From the IMG/VR virus record IMGVR_UViG_3300017917_003583, positions 1-64,000 of that record: DNA of 64,000 bases; one strand, 5' to 3'. The notes under the pieces were generated by a model. That model did not search any database, was not told the DNA's origin, and saw nothing but the letters and a program-made list of their open reading frames with translations. Below are positions 56,177 to 63,619 of this stretch, in pieces. This DNA comes from a virus. The number at the start of each line of letters is the position of its first letter. Positions within the stretch are counted from its first letter, which is position 1. The position numbers and the translations under genes were made by a program.

Positions 56177-56637
56177 GCTTGTGCCTTTCGTTGTGCCAGA
56201 TACTGTTCCCACTGCACCCACTGGTTTCGCACCCAGAAGCCCCAGTCGCGTGACTTGATGCCGGGCATGAACAGGGTCCAGCATTCCACTCCAGGTTCCA
56301 GCTCAATGCGGTGGAAACTGCGGGCCGAACTGATGCGGAAGCTGCCAGGGCCGCGCCACACCACAGTTTCGGTCATCATTTGACCCTGAGCGTTGAACAC
56401 CGGAATCCACTCCCAGTATCCGCCTCGGAGAATCAAGGTGGCATAGCCCCAGGGATGGTCATGCGGATCGTCGCCGTCGCTCTTGAGAAACTTGTGCAGG
56501 AACACGTTGAACGGGAATGAGTCGCGATTTTTGAGAAACAGGTAGTAGCGCTCCAGATACGGGCGGTCCTCCACCCGATCCATCACAATGCGCTTGCGAC
56601 CATGCCGCTCCAAAAACTTGAGAAACCGTTCAAACAT
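56173..56637 (-). CDS. hypothetical protein, possible cupin-like metal-binding fold
   Basis: DDPHDHPWGY motif; promoter P16 and AAAGGAG RBS. Confidence 0.45.
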   Translation of the reverse strand: MFERFLKFLERHGRKRIVMDRVEDRPYLERYYLFLKNRDSFPFNVFLHKFLKSDGDDPHDHPWGYATLILRGGYWEWIPVFNAQGQMMTETVVWRGPGSFRISSARSFHRIELEPGVECWTLFMPGIKSRDWGFWVRNQWVQWEQYLAQRKAQA

Positions 56638-56657
56638 GCTTTGCTCCTTTGCTGTGT

Positions 56658-56686
56658 ATTGTAGCAGATGGCGCATTTAAAGTCAA
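56658..56686 (-). promoter_or_regulatory. promoter P16 (TTGACT-17-TACAAT)
   Basis: Drives 56173..56637 with AAAGGAG RBS. Confidence 0.65.
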
Positions 56687-56712
56687 CAAAAGACCCGCCA
56701 CTGGGGCGGGTC
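56687..56712 (-). terminator. rho-independent terminator
   Basis: Minus strand GACCCGCC-CCAG-TGGCGGGTC followed by TTTTG; abuts the P16 -35. Confidence 0.5.
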
Positions 56713-56783
56713 TTTGGTAAATAAGGGTGTAGTTCGCGGGCCTCGGAAACCCCAACTACTCTATGATCGAGGAGGATCACAGC

Positions 56784-57434
56784 ATGACTATTTACTACGT
56801 TTACGCCTATCTTCGCAAAGATGGCACACCTTACTACATTGGTAAAGGGCACGGCAACCGTGCCCGGGATTGGCATAAAGGTATTACAGTCCCTGTAGAT
56901 AACGAACGAATAGTTGTATTAGAAACCCATCTTACTGAGCTTGGTGCATTAGCGCTCGAACGTAGATATATTCGTTGGTATGGCCGTAAAGATCAAGGCA
57001 CTGGGATCTTGCGCAACAGAACTGATGGCGGCGAAGGTGCAACAGGCTATAGGCACACCGAAGAAACCAAGAAAAAACTTAGCAATCTTTGGCGCGGAAA
57101 ATCGCATACAGACGAATCAAAAGAAAAAATGAGGGCAGCAGCCAAGAGCAGGCCTGCGCCCTCAATAGAAACACGCCAGAAAATTAGTGCGGCTAACCGA
57201 AAACGCACTCATTCAGTGGAAACTCGTCAAAAGATGAGTGCAATAAAAAAAGGGCAGCCGGGTAAAAACCATTCTCCCGAGACCCGGGCCAAGATGAGTG
57301 CTATTGCAAAACAAAGAACGATGACAGATGCCTGCAAACTGAAAAGAAGCGAAGCAATGAAAGCACATTGGGCCCAAAAGAAAGCCGCCATGATGGCGGC
57401 TTTGACTACACGATCCACAGGACTGGATCAGTGA
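56784..57434 (+). CDS. GIY-YIG homing endonuclease with NUMOD3-like repeats
   Basis: IYYVYAYLRKDGTPYYIGKGHGNR...RWYG. Start at 56784 with GAGGAGGA RBS. Confidence 0.8.
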   Translation: MTIYYVYAYLRKDGTPYYIGKGHGNRARDWHKGITVPVDNERIVVLETHLTELGALALERRYIRWYGRKDQGTGILRNRTDGGEGATGYRHTEETKKKLSNLWRGKSHTDESKEKMRAAAKSRPAPSIETRQKISAANRKRTHSVETRQKMSAIKKGQPGKNHSPETRAKMSAIAKQRTMTDACKLKRSEAMKAHWAQKKAAMMAALTTRSTGLDQ

Positions 57435-57438
57435 TGGT

Positions 57439-57705
57439 TCATGCAAGTCCTAATGCGATGGCCTTGTATCCAGCAGCAATTATGCGACGACTTGGTGTGC
57501 CCAAGCGATACTCGGTCACTTGCACATGGTTGCCGGCCACGCGGGTGTCGGCATACACGGCATATCCGGCATTTCGGATTCTTGACACTTCGGCGCTGAT
57601 GTTCTTGATGCCAAAGCGCTTTTCGGCAGCAGAGGCAGTGATTCGGTCACCGTTGCGCAGAGCGTTGAACAGTCGGAAGGTTTTGGTGTTTTCATTGAAA
57701 CGCAT
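57439..57705 (-). CDS. helix-turn-helix DNA-binding protein
   Basis: RITASAAEKRFGIKNISAEVSRIRNAG HTH; promoter P17 and TAGGAG RBS. Confidence 0.5.
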   Translation of the reverse strand: MRFNENTKTFRLFNALRNGDRITASAAEKRFGIKNISAEVSRIRNAGYAVYADTRVAGNHVQVTEYRLGTPSRRIIAAGYKAIALGLA

Positions 57706-57746
57706 GAGATTCTCCTAAATAGATGCTGTTGCGTCAGCATGAGTGT

Positions 57747-57775
57747 ATTGTAGCAACACTGCGGCACATGTGCAA
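57747..57775 (-). promoter_or_regulatory. promoter P17 (TTGCAC-17-TACAAT)
   Basis: Drives the HTH gene; transcript would start at an ATGCTG/CAGCAT hairpin. Confidence 0.6.
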
Positions 57776-57825
57776 CACTTCTGGCAAAGCAGGTGTGCGA
57801 CATTTGCCGTTTCAGCACACCAAAA

Positions 57826-58053
57826 TCACAACCAGCGCAGAGCAAACATAGTGGCCATTTCGGGCGTGGCGAACTCCAAGGCATATTGGCGGCTGGGCCA
57901 ACTGGGCCAGCGGCGGCAGTGCCAGTCTCGGCGCCAGCGCCATCCCTGCTGATCTGCCCAGTCGACCACTTCGTATCTGGGCTCCAATTGTTCAAACCCT
58001 GTCTCATAGAACAGCAAGGTGTCGCGTTGTTCAGGTGTAAGTTGTATGATCAT
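57826..58053 (-). CDS. LRW-family small protein (array member)
   Basis: Ends ...EMATMFALRWL. Confidence 0.5.
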   Translation of the reverse strand: MIIQLTPEQRDTLLFYETGFEQLEPRYEVVDWADQQGWRWRRDWHCRRWPSWPSRQYALEFATPEMATMFALRWL

Positions 58054-58059
58054 GATAAA

Positions 58060-58839
58060 TCAGCTGCGAGTGAGTCGGTGAATTTCTTGGTCAATGGCAG
58101 ATAGCTGCTGCTGAATCAAGCGGCGAGCAGTGGCCAAGCGCTGTTGTTTGGTCTTTGATCCCATGACCACAACCACAAACTCCTGGCCGCGATAGTTCAG
58201 CAACAAGGCCACACATCGCCCGGCTGCTTGAGTAAATCCTGTTTTGCTGAACAGCACATGGTCTTCATGGTCCAGGAGGTCTCGGTTGGTGTTGAGCAAG
58301 GTCACGCGCTGTCGCGGTGTCTCGATCACTGCAGGCGACAGCACACTGAGTCGAGCCAGTTCAGGATACTGTGCAATGGTCATGACCAAGACCACAACTT
58401 CCGAGGCTGTGCTCACGTTGTTGCGATCCAGACCGCTGGCATCGGCGAATCTAGTGTGAGTCAGGCCCAGTTCCTGCGCTCGGCGGTTCATGGCCTGAAC
58501 AAATGCAGTTCGCCCACCAGGATAATCACGCGCCAGCTGTTCGGCTGCAGCGTTGTCACTCTTGACCAACACACTTGCAAACAGGTCACCGCGTGTGACT
58601 GGGCCGGGGGGCAGTCGTGTGCCACGCGCAGCGGTCATGGGCTGGGCTAGATTGGGATTGTGCTCGTAAGCCACAATGGCAGTCATGATCTTGGTCAGGC
58701 TGGCCATGGGTCGCGGCGGCTGGCTATCACTGCTGTTGACCACAACACCTCGGTTGACACTGTAAACCTGCGTGACTTCGGCAGTGGCGGTTGAACGCCA
58801 CAACATCAACATCGCCAAGATCCATTTGAAAAAATTCAT
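58060..58839 (-). CDS. S11-family D-alanyl-D-alanine carboxypeptidase (PBP5/DacA-like) with signal peptide
   Basis: SLTKIMT (SxxK), SDN, and KTG triad; embedded in the LRW array. Confidence 0.75.
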   Translation of the reverse strand: MNFFKWILAMLMLWRSTATAEVTQVYSVNRGVVVNSSDSQPPRPMASLTKIMTAIVAYEHNPNLAQPMTAARGTRLPPGPVTRGDLFASVLVKSDNAAAEQLARDYPGGRTAFVQAMNRRAQELGLTHTRFADASGLDRNNVSTASEVVVLVMTIAQYPELARLSVLSPAVIETPRQRVTLLNTNRDLLDHEDHVLFSKTGFTQAAGRCVALLLNYRGQEFVVVVMGSKTKQQRLATARRLIQQQLSAIDQEIHRLTRS

Positions 58840-58842
58840 ACA

Positions 58843-59028
58843 TTACCCCCAAGTCAAATGGAACCACACCGCGTCGGATTCCGATAATTCGAAGTATATA
58901 TCGTCGTGACCCAGTGCCCACATGTGCCAGTTGGTATGATCCTGCCATCCCGTGCAATGTTGCTCTATCCAACAGCATTGTTGATGCCAATCGTCACGAG
59001 AAGTGACCGCAACACGAGTCACGTCCAC
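58843..59028 (-). CDS. LRW-family small protein
   Basis: Ends SESDAVWFHLTWG; GTG start inside the upstream GGTGG. Confidence 0.45.
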   Translation of the reverse strand: MDVTRVAVTSRDDWHQQCCWIEQHCTGWQDHTNWHMWALGHDDIYFELSESDAVWFHLTWG

Positions 59029-59249
59029 CTCAGTGAGAACAGCACAGCATCAGACTCGTTGGCAAAGTGGTATTCGTAGCCGCTCTCGCCGTTTTTTCTG
59101 AATCCAGACCAAAAGCAGCACCAGGTGCCCGACCTGTTGCCTGTGATTTGCCACTCAACGCCGAAATTTTCTCTGCACCATGTCATGACTTGAGCTTGAT
59201 ATTGGGCGTGACAATAGCCCATCGTCACTAGGTACGGAAATTTTTTCAT
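59019..59249 (-). CDS. LRW-family small protein
   Basis: MKKFPY...WCRENFG...ESDAVLFSLRWT. Confidence 0.5.
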   Translation of the reverse strand: MKKFPYLVTMGYCHAQYQAQVMTWCRENFGVEWQITGNRSGTWCCFWSGFRKNGESGYEYHFANESDAVLFSLRWT

Positions 59250-59467
59250 TGTGACCACCTCAACATGAACCAGGTGTGCTGTGCTTCTGTTTCGAACCGC
59301 ACTGCATAAACCAATCCGTCTTGATCCATGCACAGATGCAGCCCAAACTCTTGCTCAAGTTCTTGACTCACAGTGGCGCTCCAGCTCAAGTTGTGTTTTT
59401 GGCGCAGCCACCCAATGGCTTGACGAAGTGCACGATGCATGCTGTTGACTGGAATCTCAGGTGTCAT
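59246..59467 (-). CDS. LRW-family small protein
   Basis: Ends EAQHTWFMLRWSQ; ATGA overlaps on both sides. Confidence 0.5.
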   Translation of the reverse strand: MTPEIPVNSMHRALRQAIGWLRQKHNLSWSATVSQELEQEFGLHLCMDQDGLVYAVRFETEAQHTWFMLRWSQ

Positions 59468-59730
59468 GATGCCATTATCTCAAAAAGTGTGGCCCACTGA
59501 GTATCAGGTTCCATGTGAAAACTTGTGCCCCATGCTAGCCATACTCGACGTTTGTAGGCTTTTTTCAACCAAACAGTTTTGCCTGTTATGGTTTTGTGTG
59601 GCAGCAAAGCAAATGCCTCACGCCAGGGATAACAGTCATGACCGTCTTCAATCACCGTGAGCTTGAGCTGACCTGGGCTATAAACATTGTACCGTTGTTG
59701 CATGCGTCGGGCAAAACCATTGTAACTCAT
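59464..59730 (-). CDS. LRW-family-related small protein
   Basis: MSYNGFARR...; divergent ending LFEIMAS; ATGA-coupled. Confidence 0.45.
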   Translation of the reverse strand: MSYNGFARRMQQRYNVYSPGQLKLTVIEDGHDCYPWREAFALLPHKTITGKTVWLKKAYKRRVWLAWGTSFHMEPDTQWATLFEIMAS

Positions 59731-59900
59731 GACCACCTCAACAAGTAAAGAGTATAAACATCTTCGTTCATCCAAAAATTATCGCCGAGGCCTTCACCCC
59801 ATCGGTCCCCATTGACACCAAAATTTTTTACTAGCCAAAGTTTAATTTCTAACTTACGATTCCAGTTCCAAAATTCTGTTGCAATTTTATGTCGTTTCAT
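59727..59900 (-). CDS. LRW-family small protein (57 aa, not in ORF track)
   Basis: MKRHKIATEFWNW...NEDVYTLYLLRWS. Confidence 0.45.
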   Translation of the reverse strand: MKRHKIATEFWNWNRKLEIKLWLVKNFGVNGDRWGEGLGDNFWMNEDVYTLYLLRWS

Positions 59901-60121
59901 GACCACCTCAATGAGAACGCCACAGCATCTTTTTCATCACCAAACAAGTAGTCAATGTGTGTGGTAAGGACCCAACCTCCCTGGACTTTGGTAAGGCCTC
60001 CCTCGTTGAAGTTTCGTTCATTGGTAATGTAGCTGGGACAGTTTTTTACAGCCCATGACAGATGGCTCTGGTCTTCGGGATTGTATGGCCACTTGTATGG
60101 CAAGGTCACTCTAAAGCTCAT
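59897..60121 (-). CDS. LRW-family small protein
   Basis: Ends EKDAVAFSLRWS. Confidence 0.5.
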   Translation of the reverse strand: MSFRVTLPYKWPYNPEDQSHLSWAVKNCPSYITNERNFNEGGLTKVQGGWVLTTHIDYLFGDEKDAVAFSLRWS

Positions 60122-60300
60122 AGCCACCTCAACGCAAACAGTGTGTAGATTTCTTCTTGCATGTACAGTTCCACAAAATCATAACCAAGTGCCACCCGCC
60201 ATTGGGCACCTTCAGGGCCAAAGTTGCCGGTCAGCCAGTTGACTGCCTCGCCCGCACGATCGGGCGCCCATCGTTCTAGATCAACTCTTTGCCATGCCAT
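60118..60300 (-). CDS. LRW-family small protein
   Basis: MAWQRVD...EEIYTLFALRWL. Confidence 0.5.
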   Translation of the reverse strand: MAWQRVDLERWAPDRAGEAVNWLTGNFGPEGAQWRVALGYDFVELYMQEEIYTLFALRWL

Positions 60301-60716
60301 CACAGCCACCTCAATGCAAACAGTGTGTAATCGCGGGGGTTTTCAAATGCCGCAAAAATGTAGTCCCAGCCGCCCAGTTCATTCATTACCCACTCGTTGT
60401 TGGTAGATGGTTCGTTGATGGCTCGAAGAATATCAAATCTCACACGGCCTTGGCAGTTGGCATCTGCCCACTCCTGCAGCCGGTCAAAGCCAGATTGATG
60501 CACGTCCCAATCATAAGCCACGTGCTGGTAATCTTCAAAGCAATGAAATACTGGGTAGCCGTGATAGAAATCACGGACTTGTGTGGCACTGTAATTTACT
60601 CTGGGATCGTAGTGACGATGGTATTGCTTCCAACTGACACACCCGTGCCGGCGCAAGAAGCGACGATCTTGCATGAATCGAATTCGCCGGCGCAGCGTCT
60701 GAACCCAGGTAACCAC
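60300..60716 (-). CDS. LRW-family protein (138 aa)
   Basis: Ends NPRDYTLFALRWL; GTG start. Confidence 0.45.
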   Translation of the reverse strand: MVTWVQTLRRRIRFMQDRRFLRRHGCVSWKQYHRHYDPRVNYSATQVRDFYHGYPVFHCFEDYQHVAYDWDVHQSGFDRLQEWADANCQGRVRFDILRAINEPSTNNEWVMNELGGWDYIFAAFENPRDYTLFALRWL

Positions 60717-60719
60717 AGG

Positions 60720-61046
60720 TCATGCTCCCCAACGCAGTCGATACCATTCATAGTCCTGTGCATCGCGAAACTTGATCTGGCAGCGAGTGGTGAAGCTATA
60801 TGTCCAGCGACTCCATGCATCAGGTCGTAGGGGTTCAGGTCCAAATGTTTCTTTACACCACTCCAGCCGGGCAATGTCATCGCTATAGGGGCCGGGGGCA
60901 AGATCAACAGTGAACCACTGCCGACTGAACTTGTATTTGTTTTTGGGTTGATGTTTGCGCGCCGGTCTCATGATCAATTGGTCAGGCATGTTGCTTTCAT
61001 TGCAAAGGTTGGTGTAAAACAGTTGATGCTGTTTGAGTGAGTTCAT
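60720..61046 (-). CDS. LRW-family protein on a leaderless transcript
   Basis: LEWCKETFGPEP...DAQDYEWYRLRWGA; ATG lies 6 nt from the P18 -10. Confidence 0.5.
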   Translation of the reverse strand: MNSLKQHQLFYTNLCNESNMPDQLIMRPARKHQPKNKYKFSRQWFTVDLAPGPYSDDIARLEWCKETFGPEPLRPDAWSRWTYSFTTRCQIKFRDAQDYEWYRLRWGA

Positions 61047-61052
61047 GTTTGT

Positions 61053-61081
61053 ATTGTAAGCGATACGGGATTATACGTCAA
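61053..61081 (-). promoter_or_regulatory. promoter P18 (TTGACG-17-TACAAT), leaderless
   Basis: ATG of 60720..61046 is 6 nt after the -10. Confidence 0.6.
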
Positions 61082-61325
61082 CGCCCTGACTCCAGCGCAA
61101 GGCACACATCAGGGCATCGTGTTCTTCCAGAAACCAAACGTGAATCACGCTGCGGTGGCCGTTCACAGTAACTAGATATGAGTACCTGCCCGGCAGATAG
61201 TTGGTCTGCTGGTCCAACCAATCAATCACGGCGCGCAGGGCTTGTGTACTGTCGTCCCAATTTAGAAAGCCCAGCTGCCGATGGACGGGTATGTGCACCA
61301 CATGATTGTGATTTTCGGGAATCAT
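61071..61325 (-). CDS. LRW-family small protein
   Basis: MIPENHN...EEHDALMCALRWSQGVDV; the ORF-track start is trimmed. Confidence 0.45.
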   Translation of the reverse strand: MIPENHNHVVHIPVHRQLGFLNWDDSTQALRAVIDWLDQQTNYLPGRYSYLVTVNGHRSVIHVWFLEEHDALMCALRWSQGVDV

Positions 61326-61516
61326 GTCCACCTCAAACTGAACATCAAGGCATGCTGTGAGTCTTTGAAGTAGTAGGTTACCCGCGCCCAGGTCTTGACC
61401 ACATACCAGTCTCGGCTCAAAACACCCACGTTGTCGTTCAGCCAAGATTTGATTTCGGCATCTGCACCAGTGGGATGTACTTGGTAAGGCCAAATTTGTT
61501 GATTCAATACTCTCAT
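61322..61516 (-). CDS. LRW-family small protein
   Basis: MRVLNQQ...DSQHALMFSLRWT. Confidence 0.5.
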   Translation of the reverse strand: MRVLNQQIWPYQVHPTGADAEIKSWLNDNVGVLSRDWYVVKTWARVTYYFKDSQHALMFSLRWT

Positions 61517-61680
61517 GACCACCTCAGCGAATACATCACAAACGCCTGTTCATCTTTGAAATACATGTAGCCACGACGATGCCACCAGTTACCACCCACA
61601 ACATCCTTGCAAATATGGGTGCGACACCACGCGACTCTGTCCGAGGTATTGCCAACATGAATCTTTTTGAAGAATCTCAT
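61513..61680 (-). CDS. LRW-family small protein (55 aa, not in ORF track)
   Basis: MRFFKKIH...DEQAFVMYSLRWS. Confidence 0.45.
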   Translation of the reverse strand: MRFFKKIHVGNTSDRVAWCRTHICKDVVGGNWWHRRGYMYFKDEQAFVMYSLRWS

Positions 61681-61892
61681 GACCACCTCAGCACAAACAA
61701 TGTCACATCCTCTTCACGATACAGCACAAAATTGGTCCATGCGTGAAGGTCTTCCCAGTTCCAACGGCCGTCAAAGTTAGCTCGGCACCATTCACGGATC
61801 TCCCGAACACGGTCGGGATTGTCGCGGCGACTGTAGGGCACCTTGCAGAGCCAAAACTCCTCGGTCCAACCAAGTTTGACTTCTACGGTCAT
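61677..61892 (-). CDS. LRW-family small protein
   Basis: MTVEVKLGW...REWCRANFDGRW...EEDVTLFVLRWS. Confidence 0.5.
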   Translation of the reverse strand: MTVEVKLGWTEEFWLCKVPYSRRDNPDRVREIREWCRANFDGRWNWEDLHAWTNFVLYREEDVTLFVLRWS

Positions 61893-62137
61893 GTCCACCT
61901 CAACAAAAATGCAGTCAGGTCAGCATCATTGCGAAACCAAAAGCAACAGTCATTCAAGTACCACCGTTCGGCCACGGTAGAAAACATATCACCTGGCTCA
62001 CCAAACGCGACGATGCACCAAGATTCCATTGCAGCCCAGGTGTTTTGATTTTCAGTAATACTCCAACTGGTGAGGTAGGGTTGTACCGTCTGGTACCTAC
62101 AACCATGCCACTGTCTTTCAACTATGTTGGCTTTCAT
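61889..62137 (-). CDS. LRW-family small protein
   Basis: MKANIVERQW...ESWCIVAFGEPG...NDADLTAFLLRWT. Confidence 0.5.
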   Translation of the reverse strand: MKANIVERQWHGCRYQTVQPYLTSWSITENQNTWAAMESWCIVAFGEPGDMFSTVAERWYLNDCCFWFRNDADLTAFLLRWT

Positions 62138-62367
62138 GTCCACCTCAACTGAAACAACACAACATCTGCTTCATCATGAAACCAAATCTCGCCCCAGCGA
62201 ATCTGGTCACGCCATCTGGTGTCACTTGGTTCACCATATGTGGCTCGACACCAGTCTTTTAGTTCTCGCAGAAGATCAAACTTGGGGTAGTCAAACGCCA
62301 CAATCCAACCCGATGCCGGCCCCCAATGCGCAGATCGTGTGTTGGTGTGATACACATGTAGGTACAT
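62134..62367 (-). CDS. LRW-family small protein
   Basis: KDWCRATYGEPSDTRW...DEADVVLFQLRWT. Confidence 0.5.
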   Translation of the reverse strand: MYLHVYHTNTRSAHWGPASGWIVAFDYPKFDLLRELKDWCRATYGEPSDTRWRDQIRWGEIWFHDEADVVLFQLRWT

Positions 62368-62371
62368 GCCT

Positions 62372-62650
62372 TCACCATCGCAGCAAAAACAACGAGGCTT
62401 TCTCGGGTTCAGTGAACCACAGATAGTCGCCCAAAAGCATGACGTTATCGTCTCCTACGTTTTCAAGTAGCCAATTCCAAACCTGTGGATTGACGTCCAC
62501 GGGGATGGTGACTCGGGTATAGCCAGCCAGTTTCAACTCACGATTGATATTGAATCGATTGCACGGTAGCAACACCTCGGAGGCAGACAGGCCACGCATG
62601 CGGGCTCGATATGTTTCATGCGCTTGATCTACAAACAGGCGCACTGGCAT
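62372..62650 (-). CDS. LRW-family small protein
   Basis: MPVRLF...EPEKASLFLLRW. Confidence 0.45.
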   Translation of the reverse strand: MPVRLFVDQAHETYRARMRGLSASEVLLPCNRFNINRELKLAGYTRVTIPVDVNPQVWNWLLENVGDDNVMLLGDYLWFTEPEKASLFLLRW

Positions 62651-62652
62651 TT

Positions 62653-62883
62653 TCAGTACGTCAACGCAAACCATACAGCATCCTTTTCATGTTCAAACCA
62701 AACAGTGCGACTGCCGTAGTAGAGATAGAATCGGCCAGTGCTGGGATTGTTTTGCAATCGACGTTTGAGTTCGGAATAACTGATGTCCCAGGTTGGGTGC
62801 CTGGCGTAGTCGGGTGCCTGTCTCCTGGTGACTGGAAACCAACGCTCTTGCCGAATTCGTTTGTCCTTGTTCCAGTATTTCAT
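62653..62883 (-). CDS. LRW-family small protein, first of array
   Basis: MKYWNKDK...EKDAVWFALTY; ATGA-coupled to the SWIM gene. Confidence 0.45.
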   Translation of the reverse strand: MKYWNKDKRIRQERWFPVTRRQAPDYARHPTWDISYSELKRRLQNNPSTGRFYLYYGSRTVWFEHEKDAVWFALTY

Positions 62884-63239
62884 GATTGTTTGATTTCTTC
62901 CACATGACGGCACTGCCCACGGAACCGCCATCCTGAACATGTGCAGTTCCACTCACCACGATCTTCAGTGACTTTGTATTGATCGCCACGCGATCCTTTC
63001 ACATACCAAACCCGGCCCTGGGGCTCGGATTCTGCTGCTGCGGTGGGCCACTGCACAGGGTTGATCACAAACTTACGGCCGCGCAAGTCGATGCGAATGG
63101 GATTGCGAAACACTTGAGTTTGGCCGCGTCCGCCATGTGAGCGGAATGCATACATCTTGGTCTTGGCATCGTCCAGGAGATACACTCCGTTGGCAGACTT
63201 GGCATCTGCATACTCAGTGGTTTCGGCAAACCATTTCAT
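62880..63239 (-). CDS. hypothetical protein with SWIM-type zinc finger
   Basis: CTCSGWRFRGQCRH. Confidence 0.45.
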   Translation of the reverse strand: MKWFAETTEYADAKSANGVYLLDDAKTKMYAFRSHGGRGQTQVFRNPIRIDLRGRKFVINPVQWPTAAAESEPQGRVWYVKGSRGDQYKVTEDRGEWNCTCSGWRFRGQCRHVEEIKQS

Positions 63240-63592
63240 GCTGGCACACCTCGTTGTTCAATCAGCTGGCGCATGCGGGCCAGTTCGGCGTCTGCTTCGG
63301 CCAGCACAGTGATCAACTGATCTTCCACTGTGCCGTCGGTGAGAACAGTGCGGGCATCCTCGTACAAACATCCGCCCAGGTGTTTGCAACCAACTTCGTG
63401 ACCACCAAACATGGCACGAACACGCAACATGAACCAGTCGTATTTGCCCGAGTCGATGTCTGCGTAGAGGTCAGCACGGTCATCAAAACACTCTCTGAGC
63501 GAATCCCAAGGGTCAATGTCCTCGTGGGTTTTGTCTACAATGATCACAAAGCCATTGCGCTCAAATCGGGCCAGTTCTTCGTAGTGTCGCAT
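63236..63592 (-). CDS. hypothetical protein
   Basis: 118-aa ORF, ATGA-coupled. Confidence 0.45.
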   Translation of the reverse strand: MRHYEELARFERNGFVIIVDKTHEDIDPWDSLRECFDDRADLYADIDSGKYDWFMLRVRAMFGGHEVGCKHLGGCLYEDARTVLTDGTVEDQLITVLAEADAELARMRQLIEQRGVPA

Positions 63593-63619
63593 GGTGGATC
63601 CTTGACGTGTGCGGATGGA

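Noticed and set aside
59019-62160. Regularly spaced repeat catgaccacctcaa resembling a CRISPR-like or satellite array
   Set aside because: The spacing is irregular (170-420 bp), and each repeat is the stop/SD/start junction of consecutive protein-coding paralogs. It is not a CRISPR array.
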